NCBI GenBank assembly: GCA_950097015.1
Contig: CATNEN010000024.1
Coordinates: 4,650,001-4,714,000 of the forward strand
Source of the DNA: Macrostomum hystrix
Lineage: Eukaryota; Animalia; Platyhelminthes
Direction of reading: 5' to 3'
DNA length: 64,000 bases
Shown here: piece after piece, positions 40,101-51,757 of the stretch
Position numbering within the stretch: the stretch's first letter is position 1
How the letters are laid out: the number at the start of each line of letters is the position of its first letter
Notes under the pieces: generated by a model
The model's database searches: none
The model's input: the letters and a program-made list of their open reading frames with translations, nothing else
What the model was told of the DNA's origin: nothing
Program-made: the position numbers and the translations under genes

Positions 40101-43100
40101 TTAGATCCCATTCTATAATCTTCAGATCCCATTCTATAATCTTCAGATCCCATCTATAATCTTCAGATCCCATTCAATAATCTTCAGATCCTATCTATAA
40201 TCTTCAGATTCCATTCTATAATCTTCAGATCCCATTTTATAATCTTCAGATCCCATTCTATAATCTTCAGATCCCATTCTATAATCTTCAGATCCCATTC
40301 AATAATCGTTAGATCCCATTCTATAATCTTCAGATCCCATTCTATAATCAGTAGATCCCATTCTATAATCTTCAGATCCCATTCTATAATCTTCAGATCC
40401 CATCTATAATCTTCAGATCCCATTCAATAATCTTCAGATCCTATCTATAATCTTCAGATTCCATTCTATAATCTTCAGATCCCATTCTATAATCTTTAGA
40501 TGCCATTCACACATCTTCAGATCCCATTCAATAATCTTCAGATCCCATTCTATAATCTTCAGATCCCATTCTATAATCTTCAGATCCCATTCTATAATCT
40601 TCAGATCCCATTTATAATATTCAGATCCCATTCAATAATCTTAAGATCCCATTTATAATCTTCAGATCCCATTCAATAATCTTCAGATCCCATTCTATAA
40701 TCTTTAGATGCCATTCACACATCTTCAGATCCCATTTAATAATCTTCAGATCCCATTCTATAATCTTCAGATCCCATTCTATAATCTTCATATCCCATTC
40801 TATGATCTTTAGATCCCATTCTATAATCTTTAGATGCCATTCACACATCTTCAGATCCCATTCTATAATCTTCAGATCCCTATCTATAATCTTCAGATCC
40901 CATTCTATAATCTTCAGATCCCATCTATAATCTTCAGATCCCATTCAATAATCTTCAGATCCTATCTATAATCTTCAGATTCCATTCTATAATCTTCAGA
41001 TCCCATTTTATAATCTTTAGATGCCATTCACACATCTTCAGATCCCATTCAATAATCTTCAGATCCCATTCTATAATCTTCAGATCCCATTCTATAATCT
41101 TCAGATCCCATTCTATAATCTTCAGATCCCATTTATAATCTTCAGATCCCATTCAATAATCTTAAGATCCTATCTATAATCTTCAGATCCCATTCTATAA
41201 TCTTCAGATCCCATTCTATAATCTTTAGATGCCATTCACACATCTTCAGATCCCATTCAATAATCTTCAGATCCCATTCAATAATCTTCAGATCCCATTC
41301 AATAATCTTTAGATCCCATTCTCAGCATCTCTGAATACTCGCCTAAACATAAACAGTTTTAGTAATTTTTAGTGCAACTCGAATGGGTGCCCTATATATA
41401 AAGCTATTATACAGTGTATATAATACCTTAATCTTTGTTTATGGCATTTTTGTGTTATACATTTTTAAGCTTAAATATCTTTTATTATTTGATTTAATCA
41501 AACTAAATTCCATCGGCAGAATGTTTTGACGCAAGTTCTGTAAAACGCCTGTCGAGTTTAAGTAGTTTATTGGGTCAATGTTCCATTGTAAGCAAAAATT
41601 ATCAAGTTGACAATGACAGCGCGCTTCCAAAATCCTAGTTTGCGTTAATAAAATTCAATTGTTTGTACACTCTTTCTATAAGCTGAAAGCTTTTTTCACA
41701 TTTTTATTCACATGATTCTGTTTCCGTATTCTATTCAATGGGCTATTTTGCGAATCTACATTTTCTAAATTTAGTTTGCATTTTATCATATTTATGGATA
41801 TTCGCTTCGTTTCTAAGAAATTAAAGCACATTGGGACATTTTAACCAACACAAGACACACAATCTGCTGTACAAGTCTACCATGTAATAATTAGTCTCTC
41901 TGCCTGCCTGTCCAATCTGTCTCTAAGTAGTCTGCCTGCCTGTCCAATCTGTCTCTAAGTAGTCTGCCTGCCTGTCCAATCTGTCTCTAATTAGTCTGCC
42001 TGCCTGTCCAATCTGTCTCTAAGTAGTCTGCCTGCCTGTCCAATCTGTCTCTAATTAGTCTGCCTGCCTGTCCAATCTGTCTCTAATTAGTCTGCCTGCC
42101 TGTCCAATCTGTCTCTAAGTAGTCTGCCTGCCTGTCCAATCTGTCTCTAATTAGTCTGCCTGCCTGTCCAATCTGTCTCTAATTAGTCTGCCTGCCTGTC
42201 CAACCTGTCTCTAAGTAGTCTGCCTGCCTGTCCAATCTGTCTCTAATTAGTCTGCCTGCCTGTCCAATCTGTCTCTAATTAGTCTGCCTGCCTGTCCAAT
42301 CTGTCTCTAATTAGTCTGCCTACCTGTCCAATCTGTCTCTAATTAGTCTGCCTACCTGTCCAATCTGTCTCTAATTAGTATGCCTACCTGTCCAATCTGT
42401 CTCTAATTAGTCTGTTTGCCTGTCCAATCTGTCTCTAATTAGTCTGTTTGCCTGTCCAATCTGTCTCTAATTAGTCTGCCTACCTGTCCAATCTGTCTCT
42501 AATTAGTCTGCCTACCTGTCCAATCTGTCTCTAATTAGTCTGCCTACCTGTCCAATCTGTCTCTAATTAGTCTGCCTACCTGTCCAATCTGTCTCTAATT
42601 AGTCTGCCTGCCTGTCCAATCTGTCTCTAATTAGTCTGCCTACCTGTCCAATCTATCTCTAATTAGTCTGCCTGCCTATCCAATCTGTCTCTAATTAGTC
42701 TGCCTGCCTGTCCAATCTATCTCTAATTAATCTGCCTGCCTGTCCAATCTATCTCTAATTAGTCTGCCTGCCTATCCAATCTGTCTCTAATTAGTCTGCC
42801 TGCCTGTCCAATCTGTCTCTAATTAGTCTGCCTGCCTGTCCAATCCGTCTCTAATTAGTCTGCCTACCTGTCCAATCTGTCTCTAATTAGTCTGCCTGCC
42901 TGACCAATCTGTCTCTAATTAGTCTGCCTGCCTGTCCAATCTGTCTCTAATTAGTCTGTTTGCCTGTCCTGAATACGAGTATAAATATCCTAGATATTAA
43001 AAGTAGATTAGCGTCTGAATCGGCACTGTTCAAAAGTTGCAAGGGGCTTTTTTAACGCAAATGAGAGCATGATTTTAACATATTTTTTGTAAAGCGGACA

Positions 43101-45601
43101 TCCAAATAGCATCTCTAAATGGTTTCACATTTTCTCATCTGTCGTACAGAAAACTGCGTTGCACTCAGTTGCACTTCTTGTTCTGGTTTTTAACTGCTAA
43201 CTATTTTTGGAAGCGCCGAGTATTAGATTGACTACTACGAGTACAAACTGACCGGCCTAAAATTGCTTCTTTGCCAAACGCGCCATTTACCATGAAAGCT
43301 TTTGACAACAAATTCTGTGGCAGTTACAATTTATTTACTTGTAAATTACGAGTATTAAGATGTCGCTTCACAAAGTCACAAGGAACGATTTCCTTTTGAA
43401 AGAAAATCTTCAAAACCAAAAAGTCTCCAAAAAAACTTTTAGTAAGCGGTCTTTGAAAACTTTATTTTAATTAAATAAAGAAATTACGTTATAGTACTTT
43501 AGGTAGATACTACGATGCGCAAAAGCTTCTGGCTGTGCTAACTTATTGATCAGCCTTCTACTTATGTTAATATTTGTTTCAACCCACCGATTCCCTCAAA
43601 TTGAATCTTCAGCGCTGGGACTGGTGTCTTATCTGAGCGTTTGCTTCCTGCGCAGATATCTGTCATGTGAGTACACAATAAGTCATAAATCAATCATCTG
43701 CAAAGAGTTCAAAGCCGAATTGAGGTGCGCCCTAATTGCCCGCCGCCGCAGGGTGCACACCTGGCTACGCGCAGGTGTATTGCAGCGGCGAACACGAGCC
43801 ATGGATGTTTCGCGGCGGTTTAGCTGCCGAATTTCAGCGAATGCTACCACTGGAAGCTGGCCAGGACCTGCTGGTTGGCAAGGCGATCGAGCCGCCACCG
43901 ATTCCTCAGCCGCCGCCTCTGTCCGCTACCAGGGGCTACACTGTGCGGCCTTATTCTGCCGCAGATCGCTCTTCAGTCTACGCAATCTGCGCTTTGACTT
44001 CGCCGATGCGAGTAGCCGGATCGACTGTCGCCACCAACGGCATCGTTGTCGACGACGCCGCGGCTGCGGCATCCGTCGCCGTGTCGGTCGCCGGCTCCGG
44101 TACCGGAGTTGGCATCATGTCGGCGGCTGACGCTGAGCTTTACGGCGACAGGTACGCCGGCCTGCTGCTTGAGCTAAGCAGCGACTACTGCTTCGTCCTG
44201 GAGAGCGAATCCGGGGTCTGCGGCTTCGTCTGCGCCGCCCTGGATGTTGCCAAGCTGCGCGAGCAGGCTGGAGAATTTTTCGGCCTAATGCGACGCCGAC
44301 ATCCCATGCTGCGCAGACGCGGCGGCGGAGGCGGAGGCCCTGCAGGCGGAGTTTCAGCCGCTGGCATTGGCTGCGGCATCGCAGGAGGCAGCGGTGCAGA
44401 GTCTGGGGCAGTTCATCCTGCTGCACAGGTGAGAACTGCAGTGTTGCTTTATAGCACCCTCCAGGGTTGGTGAAGTGTTGCTTTATAGAGGGGTCAGCAA
44501 ACTCCGGCCCCCGGGCCAGATGCGGCCCTCGATGCTTCCAAATCCAGCCCGTTGCCCCTCACAACACATATAGTATCCTGTCTCATCTCTCCCCTGTCTC
44601 ATCTCTCCCCTGTCTCATCTCTCCGCCGTCTCATCTCTCCCCTGTCTCATCTCTCCCCCGTCTCATCTCTCCCCTGTCTAATCTCTCCCCCGTCTCATCT
44701 CTCCCCCGTCTCATCTCTCCCCTGTCTAATCTCTCCCCCGTCTCATCTCTCCCCCGTCTCATCTCTGCACTGTCTCATCTCTCCCGTGTCTCATCTCTGC
44801 ACTGTCTCATCTCTCCCCAGTCTCATCTCTCCCCTGTCTAATCTCTCCCCCGTCTCATCTCTCCCCCGTCTCATCTCTCCCGTCTTCTCTCTCCCCCGTC
44901 TCATCTCTCCCCTGTCTCATCTCTCCCCCGTCTCATCCCTCCCCTGTCTCATCTCTCCCCCGTCTCATCTCTCCCCCGTCTCATCTCTCCCCTGTCACAT
45001 CTCTCCCCTTCTCATAATGTTACAGCTAATGCGGCCCGCTGTCGTCTTTAATGTTCTCTCCGTGGCCCGCACGCTAATAAGTTTTCCGACCCCTGCTTTA
45101 AAGCGTCAGCGGTCAATGAAATAGGCAAAACGTCGCTGAGGCCCACAGTCCCCCTGCAAATAGTATTGTTATTATTCTTGGCAGCCATCTTATTACATAC
45201 TAATCTCATTTTTTTGTTACGGGCCATGTTTTGAAGTCTGCCAGTATGCAAGCTAGACGACCTACTTCATCCCGCAGGCCGCCATCGAATACTTTCACTC
45301 TCAGCAGCCCGAGCCAGGTAGTAATCTATCCGGCCAGGTGCTGTCCCGCTTCCCCTCCGTGGTACATCTGGACGCTCTGCCAGGTGTCTGCAGCACTGAG
45401 CAGGACCTGCTGGCACTCCGGCGCCTCCTTGCATGCTGCTTCGCGGCTCTGAAAACCAATGGCAGTCCCGGTGTGCACTGCCAGCTGGCCACGGACGATG
45501 CCACGGCTGATATTTACAAGCGGCTGGGCTTCCTGGAGCTGTCCTACACAACCGACTCCAGGCTGCCCAGCTCCGTGGTCCTGCTTGGCAGGCCTATCTA
45601 A
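31109..45601 (+). CDS. OGA: Protein O-GlcNAcase (GH84 catalytic domain, stalk, C-terminal HAT-like domain), 7 exons, about 854 aa: 31109-31151, 32475-32624, 32722-33326, 33676-34059, 34655-35036, 43752-44428, 45278-45601
   Basis: FLCGVVEG|[15 protein letters not shown], catalytic [68 protein letters not shown] and LKTNGSPG match metazoan OGA. Exon sum of 2565 nt is divisible by 3 with consistent phases. Confidence 0.95.
33358..33515 (+). mobile_element. CORE-type tRNA-derived SINE in OGA intron 3
   Basis: B-box GGGTTCGATTACC, CORE motif TGTGTCCTTTAGCAAGACACTTATCTC...TTCACCCCAGC, tail CCCAGTCCATTGACTGAACAGCT. Confidence 0.7.
34105..34420. repeat. 26-bp minisatellite (TCATGTACCTGTCTGTGCCAGTACTA)n in OGA intron 4
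   Basis: Direct reading. Confidence 0.92.
35255..41322. repeat. 21-bp minisatellite (AGATCCCATTCWATAATCTTY)n, about 6.1 kb and 290 units, in OGA intron 5
   Basis: Direct reading; 7-aa period (EWDLKII) on the minus strand. Confidence 0.97.
41893..42968. repeat. 32-bp minisatellite (TAGTCTGCCTGCCTGTCCAATCTGTCTCTAAT)n in OGA intron 5
   Basis: Direct reading; period 32 checked (41941 and 41973). Confidence 0.95.
44489..45095. mobile_element. hAT-Charlie-like MITE in OGA intron 6 containing a 16-bp minisatellite (44577-45008)
   Basis: Left end AGGGGTCAGCAAACTCCGGCCC..GGGCCAGATGCGGCCC, right end AAGTTTTCCGACCCCTG; 8-bp flanks CTTTATAG (44481-44488) and CTTTAAAG (45096-45103), 7/8 identical. Confidence 0.8.
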
Positions 45602-47446
45602 GTCCATTGGTCTAACACTAGTCTGAAATGTGTCTCTTGTCTCATTTCACTTATCTTACTGATTTTCTATATTCTTCACTGCACTCTGTCCATCTTAGTT
45701 TTTCTGTTGCTCAACTCAGTGGATTGTTTAACAGTAGAGAGACCACGCCTTTTCCCCTGGGATAGACCACAGGGTATTTCAAATACGATAGATCCCAAAC
45801 CGAATGACCGATTTTCATGAAAGTGCAACATGTGAATCTAATTTTTCCGTTCTTTATGATGAACCAATTTTCAAAGCCGTCCGGCATCAAGATCGTCGAG
45901 ATATTCAGCGACTCTTGTCGAAGAGCCTGTTGACAAGAACAAGTAACTTTGTTCTGTATAAACTTCTATGGCGAATCCATATTGGTTCAAGAAAGAAAAA
46001 ATAACAATTCGATCAATCCTAATAGTCAACAATGATAAACGACATGTTTTTACATGATGACATTTTGCGAGCCGAAGAAAGATTGTCTAAGATTGTCTGC
46101 TTGTCTAGTCTTAATGCACGCATTAAGTCTTCGATCTACTTATGAGAGTTTCTCTTCAACAGTTTTGCTTTAAAATTTAAATTATAATTTCCGTTTTTTG
46201 TTGTTGCTTTTTCTGCGCTGGTCTATTTAGAAGAGATTGAAAAAATCGTTAATTTAATCGTTAATCGTTAACAGCCAAGTTAGGAATATAATTCAAAGTA
46301 GCTCCCAAAAACGGCCTATTTTCATATAGGCCGTGTGTCCGAAAATGCACAATATAAACTTTGTACTGCTTTGACAAAGTCACTGGCGCCGTTCTTTTGG
46401 CTGAATAAATTTATTTACACTGGCCAACGGCAAGAGAATCAGCCAATCACTGACTGGGGTAGAAAATGGTGGCAGGAGTTACGGGTCAGGCCTAAGCCAA
46501 TCAGCGGTCTTACAGGGTTAGAGAAAATTATGTGGACAAAACCGCGCTAATTGGCGAGCAGCAGTTAATGGAAAATTCAATACACAGTAGTGCTCATTTA
46601 CATGTAAATTGCCATCCACTACGAGACTATACAATACGATAGCTTTGTTTGTTTATTTCTGGAGACCAGTTTATTATTGTAATATTCATTTAGTTCATTC
46701 TGCTACCAGCTTTAGATGGTCGCGAGAAGTTAATTGAGCCTAAAATAACTGTTAATTCTGCCATATTAACACAATTTATCCTGTAATATCCTATATATTC
46801 TATCTTCGGCCTTTTAAACACACGAAAGTATGTCTTGCTCACACACTCTTTAATAATGCCTGAAAGTCAGCATTGTCTTGTTTTGCAACTGGAGGAAAAC
46901 TGTTCGGAAAGTGCTTTCTAATTCAAGTTTCGCCTACCAATTTTTGTTTGGAAGATCCTCTTCTTACACAATTCTTTGAACATGTACGCGGGTCTGCGTA
47001 TGTGTCGAGTGTGTGTGTGTGCATTTTTCTATAATTTATTACTAAGCAAACTGCCAGAAAGTGAATGAAACCTGAAGTAATTTTGTGATGTAGTAATATA
47101 CGATCCTGCTTTTACTGTCACTTCTCTTCCTCTAAAGCTCCGCTGGCTCCTGTCCGACGCCTATTAGTACGACTGCATGTATATTGAGTTTAATCAGAAA
47201 TGATACCTAATCTTGGTCATTTTCCTACTGATTAATTCTCGCTATTCCTGTGTTGTGTACGGCAAAACAAATTTTATGTGCTAACAAATCAATGAAATTA
47301 AAAATACAGCTCTAAAGTCTTGCTTTTTATGCTACAATTGTCAAATGTAAATTAAAGCACTTTTTTCTTTCCTGTTTTGTCTATTTATCAGGCACCACAT
47401 TAGTTTTGAAATACTACTGCCAGCAATACCATTAGGCTTCAATACC

Positions 47447-47830
47447 TGCCACCCTACTCACTCACTACCCTGCCACCCTACTCACTCACTACCCTGCCAC
47501 CCTACTCACTCACTACCCTGCCACCCTACTCACTCACTACCCTGCCACCCTACTCACTCACTACCCTGCCACCCTACTCACTCACTACCCTGCCACCCTA
47601 CTCACTCACTACCCTGCCACCCTACTCACTCACTACCCTGCCACCCTACTCACTCACTACCCTGCCACCCTACTCACTCACTACCCTGCCACCCTACTCA
47701 CTCACTACCCTGCCACCCTACTCACTCACTACCCTGCCACCCTACTCACTCACTACCCTGCCACCCTACTCACTCACTACCCTGCCACCCTACTCACCCA
47801 CTACCCTGCCACCCTGCTCACCCACTACCC
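47447..47830. repeat. 24-bp minisatellite (TGCCACCCTACTCACTCACTACCC)n, about 16 units
   Basis: Direct reading. Confidence 0.95.
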
Positions 47831-48175
47831 TACAAGCTACTGTCCTGTCTGCATAATCACCCGCTACCCTGCCACTTTACCAAATGACCAAGTTTTACCA
47901 GATTATTTTTGCCAAAATCTCAAGAATTATGAAAAATTAAGGACTATTTGTACTTTATTTTCCAAGAGCCTAGTATGAGAGATAAGAAATCAGTCTTAGG
48001 GATAAGAAATCAGTTCAAGACTAATTTAATCCCCAGCTTGGCCCGGCCTATTGGCTATTAATTCTGTGCATTTATTATTTAATCGGCCTAGGCCGATTAA
48101 ACATATAGTCTATGGTCACAGTTGCTGTAAACAGTATTATTCTATACTTCTAATGCCTCATGTGTTTCTTAGAGT

Positions 48176-50806
48176 ATGCATTTACTTGTACTTTTAGGAA
48201 TGTTAAAGCATCCGAAATGCCATAGACATCAATAACTGCCGGTGCCAATTCTTGTTCTTAAAATATTGTGCAATTCTATGTCAATACAGTTAAGCAGCTT
48301 ATCTTTTCGTCTAGCCGTCGTCTGGCATGAAAAAAAGTTATTTTCAAGATAAATCAGAAAGATAAAGCACTCAGTGAAACGATACTCAGCATTTAGCCAT
48401 TTGAAAATCACAATTTGAATTGCGACAATGACAAACAATGCGATGAAGTTGTTTAGCAGCTTTCCCCTAGCTTCGCAGCGGCCGCACGAGCGCCACTTGA
48501 TCAGCCACTCTGATATCTGGATGGCACTGCTCATGGTGTACTTGCCACCGCTCTATTTCTATAGAAACAACGGCAGCATTATCATCACACTGTTCGCAAA
48601 TCTTAGCTGCTTTCTCTTCATCTCGCTGCCAGTCTACCTTGTAGAGATGCTGATTGGTTCCTTTAGCAATGGGAACCTGCTTCGAGCATACAGCTACAAC
48701 AGATTTGCCAAGATCGTTTTGTGCATCATTGTTTTGCATCAGTTTCAAACCATTCTTGCCGGCACGGCCAACGCCCACAAGATCCTGACATTTTCGCTGA
48801 CATTTTTCCTACAAAATCTGAATCCGCATGTGTCTCTGTGGACTTGCAACAATCCGTGGAATACCGACATGTGCTGTCTACTGCTCAACTCATCTATCGA
48901 AGCCAATGAGGAAAAGAAGGCCATGTGCAGCACTCCATTGGAGGAGTTCTTCAAGCACTATGGCAAAATTTATTACAGCGGAATCTATCAGCCCAGCAGT
49001 AGCACGTACGATGGTGGCCACGCACAGTTCGTCATGTGGCTGTTTCTTGGCGCCTTTCTGCTCATTCTGGTGCAGCCTTCACTGAGCAAGGCTATCCGAA
49101 TTATTACCTACCTGCTCACGATTCCCAGTCTGTTGCTCCTTCTTGCACTATTCGTGAATAGCTTCAGACAGCCGTTGACCACCGCCAAGATTAGCAACCT
49201 AATTACTCGGCGCGATACTTCCAATGATGAATTCAAGTTCACATTCTTCTTGCCAAACGTGTACTATGCGAATCAGATGATGGTCACTGGTGGCTACCTG
49301 GTTGTGCTCCACTGCTGCCGCAAGCCGCATCAGAATAACAAGCAGCTAGTTTCTCTGCTAAAAAAGAACCTCTTGTTTTTAATGGTGGTCACCATAGCTT
49401 ACAAGAGCGCCATCTGCATTCTCCGACACGCCACTATTGGAGTAATCTACTTGACGCGTCAGCGCATGGCAGGTTACATCGGTAACTTCAAGCGCGAGAC
49501 GCATCGCGACCTTTTTGAAGATTCAAAAGATTGGCTTTATCAGACGCTTTTCGACTACACAGAAGTTATTTACTCATTTCGACAAGAATTTAACCACAAG
49601 AGCCCATGGATGATAATCGATGGCGCGTCTTTGCTGCATCCAATCATGATGGCTCTCGGCTTTATTGGTGTGCGTATCGCGATTTACAAAGCTACCCTCG
49701 AGCTAGTGTTTGAGTCGCTTGGCTTTCCAGAGCTGATGTCTGGTCCCTGGCAAATTCTTACCAGGCTCACCTTGCCTCTGAGCGTCATTGCTGTCTGTCT
49801 TGTAGCCGACAGTGACCAACTCCGCGATTTCGTGTTTCCCAAGGAGCCATATGGATTTGCGTTCAGTTCCATTAATGTGGTTCTATTCTTGCTCAGTTTA
49901 TTACATGCATCTATTGTTCAGCAAACTGGACAGCTGGGCCGCTCGCTGCACTGGAAAATGATGGAATTCATTCTGCTTTTCAAGAAGCGCCTTATCGCAC
50001 TTGGAATTTTGTCTGGTGTGCATCTGTTTGGTGCGCAAATTTATAAAAATGTCTTCACAGCTAGTTTCAGGAAGTTATTGGGAAGTAACAAATTAAGCAG
50101 CATCAACGTGTCGACGCCCCTAATTAACCACTTTTTTGATTATAGCGTTGGTGTTTTCGGCTCAAATGCGCTTCGAGTGTTCAGCTTCTCTGGGAACAGT
50201 GCCAACTGGGTGCTAAATGATGTCTTCTATGCGCTAGTTGGGATCTTGTCTCTCATTCTCGGTTTGATGCAGAGCAGTCGTGTACTTAAATTTATCCTGC
50301 CCCTTTGGGACTCGATGTGTGTAATTTACTGGAAGCCAGCTCGCTGCTTCAGGTACTGCATTGAGTTCTATCTTGCTGTGATTTTCGGCAAGAAGTAACA
50401 ATCGACTATTTGAGCATGGGCTAACAGTTGAAATCAATTTTTATAGTATACGTTTTCACTTGGACTAACACTTGTTCGACTCAATGTTCGTATTTGTGCA
50501 GTTATATTGCAACACGTTGACAGTTGAGCTCTAACTGATTATCGCAATGCAAAAATACAGTCTTTTGTCTTGCTTTCAATATGCAATATTTCAATATGTA
50601 AATCGGGATACCTGCAGTTAAAGTGAAAAAATGATCGACTGTACGTATGCTGCTCCTCAGGGCTCAGGGATTATCTCTATACCCGCTGAGTAACTTATTT
50701 TGCTGCTTTGTGGTTAAATCTGAAGTAGGAAAGCACATTTCATCGCTCTGCATAGATAAGGGACCAGGGCAAAAGTCTGAATAAGCTCAAACAAAGATCA
50801 GCAATG
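48176..50806 (+). repeat. Arm A1 of a 2.63-kb inverted duplication (partner 55599-58228)
   Basis: Reverse-complement match read by eye from ATGCATTTAC (48176) to CAGCAATG (50806); about 99% identical. Confidence 0.95.
48428..50398 (+). CDS. Highly divergent SLC6/NSS-like multi-pass membrane protein, intronless, 656 aa (copy 1)
   Basis: PLYFYRNNG (cf. FPYLCYKNGG), LPVYLVEMLIGSFS (cf. PLFFLELALGQF), WTCNNPWNTDMC (EL2 CxNxWNTxxC) and PLEEFF; many hydrophobic segments. Canonical TM1 GLGNVWRFP is not recognisable. Confidence 0.75.
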   Translation: MTNNAMKLFSSFPLASQRPHERHLISHSDIWMALLMVYLPPLYFYRNNGSIIITLFANLSCFLFISLPVYLVEMLIGSFSNGNLLRAYSYNRFAKIVLCIIVLHQFQTILAGTANAHKILTFSLTFFLQNLNPHVSLWTCNNPWNTDMCCLLLNSSIEANEEKKAMCSTPLEEFFKHYGKIYYSGIYQPSSSTYDGGHAQFVMWLFLGAFLLILVQPSLSKAIRIITYLLTIPSLLLLLALFVNSFRQPLTTAKISNLITRRDTSNDEFKFTFFLPNVYYANQMMVTGGYLVVLHCCRKPHQNNKQLVSLLKKNLLFLMVVTIAYKSAICILRHATIGVIYLTRQRMAGYIGNFKRETHRDLFEDSKDWLYQTLFDYTEVIYSFRQEFNHKSPWMIIDGASLLHPIMMALGFIGVRIAIYKATLELVFESLGFPELMSGPWQILTRLTLPLSVIAVCLVADSDQLRDFVFPKEPYGFAFSSINVVLFLLSLLHASIVQQTGQLGRSLHWKMMEFILLFKKRLIALGILSGVHLFGAQIYKNVFTASFRKLLGSNKLSSINVSTPLINHFFDYSVGVFGSNALRVFSFSGNSANWVLNDVFYALVGILSLILGLMQSSRVLKFILPLWDSMCVIYWKPARCFRYCIEFYLAVIFGKK

Positions 50807-51177
50807 GTAGATTATATAGTATGTTATGGCCATTATTTAACGCCGAAAAATACTATATAATTGCATATAGCATACCAGTAGCCAATTATAATAATTTATT
50901 TGAGTTAAGCAATGACAACTTTTGTCATTGCTTAACTCTGCCTACTAGATCGGTCATTACTTAATGCTACTAAAATTAGGCAACCAGTCGACCATGGACT
51001 AACTTTCAGGCTTTGCTGCAGTGGGCCATAGACAAAGATTTAGGCCTTGACGCGACTGAAAAGTGCCATTCCAGTAGCATTGTTACTGGATAAGCATTGT
51101 TGAAATCTGTTAAAAAAGCGATAGACAGGAAAGAAAATTTACAGCCGCAAAATATCAATTTCACTTAGTCAAGATCT

Positions 51178-51543
51178 ATGGCTACACATCATTTTATTAA
51201 TTGGAGGAACTTGCCGGTGGATTCACTTGACGGAGTGACGCACGATGAGCTTCAATTTTTTAGTTCACTTTCAGCTGCTGACTGCAGTGCTGATGACGAA
51301 CTGCGAAACTTTATCGATGCATTGACCAGTTCGGACGAAGGTTTTACGACTGGAGACAACCTTCCTGAATTACCTGAACTAACAGATGGTTTCGGTGACG
51401 TTGATTTAGATGCTGTTGAATTGTCGTCTCTTCCTCGAAGCTCGAGAGAACAAATGAACAAGGCTGGCGAAGCATTAATGAAATTTTGTATGTATTTTGT
51501 TTATAAAGACAAATATATAAACAAAATACAAAGACCTCTATAA
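51178..51543 (+). other. Acidic ORF fragment, possibly of transposon origin
   Basis: 121-aa open frame; LPRSSREQMNKAGEALMKFC loosely resembles N-terminal segments of Crypton/DUF3504-type proteins. Not confirmed. Confidence 0.2.
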
Positions 51544-51556
51544 AGACAAAAGGTTG

Positions 51557-51615
51557 CACACACACACACACACACACAGACAGACAGACAGAGTTTTCAC
51601 TTTTATATATATAGA
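51557..51615 (-). mobile_element. 5' end of a non-autonomous Helitron-like element
   Basis: Minus strand A|TCTATATATATAAAAGTGAAAACTCTGTCTGTCTG(TG)n: the TC start, TATA-rich lead and microsatellite typical of invertebrate non-autonomous Helitrons. Confidence 0.55.
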
Positions 51616-51757
51616 TTATCATGTTTTCAAGTTATCTCGCTATAAAGTTAATAAATATAACACAGCATATGAAAAAAGGATCTATGGTCAAAATGTTTTT
51701 TCAGCGCTAAGGAATGATAAAAAAGTGCGTGTAATTATAATACACTTGCGTATATGT

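Noticed and set aside
43546-45607. Overlapping and antisense ORFs over OGA, SLC22 and SLC6-like exons
   Set aside because: These are shadow frames of GC-rich coding sequence; the real frames are identified by family motifs.
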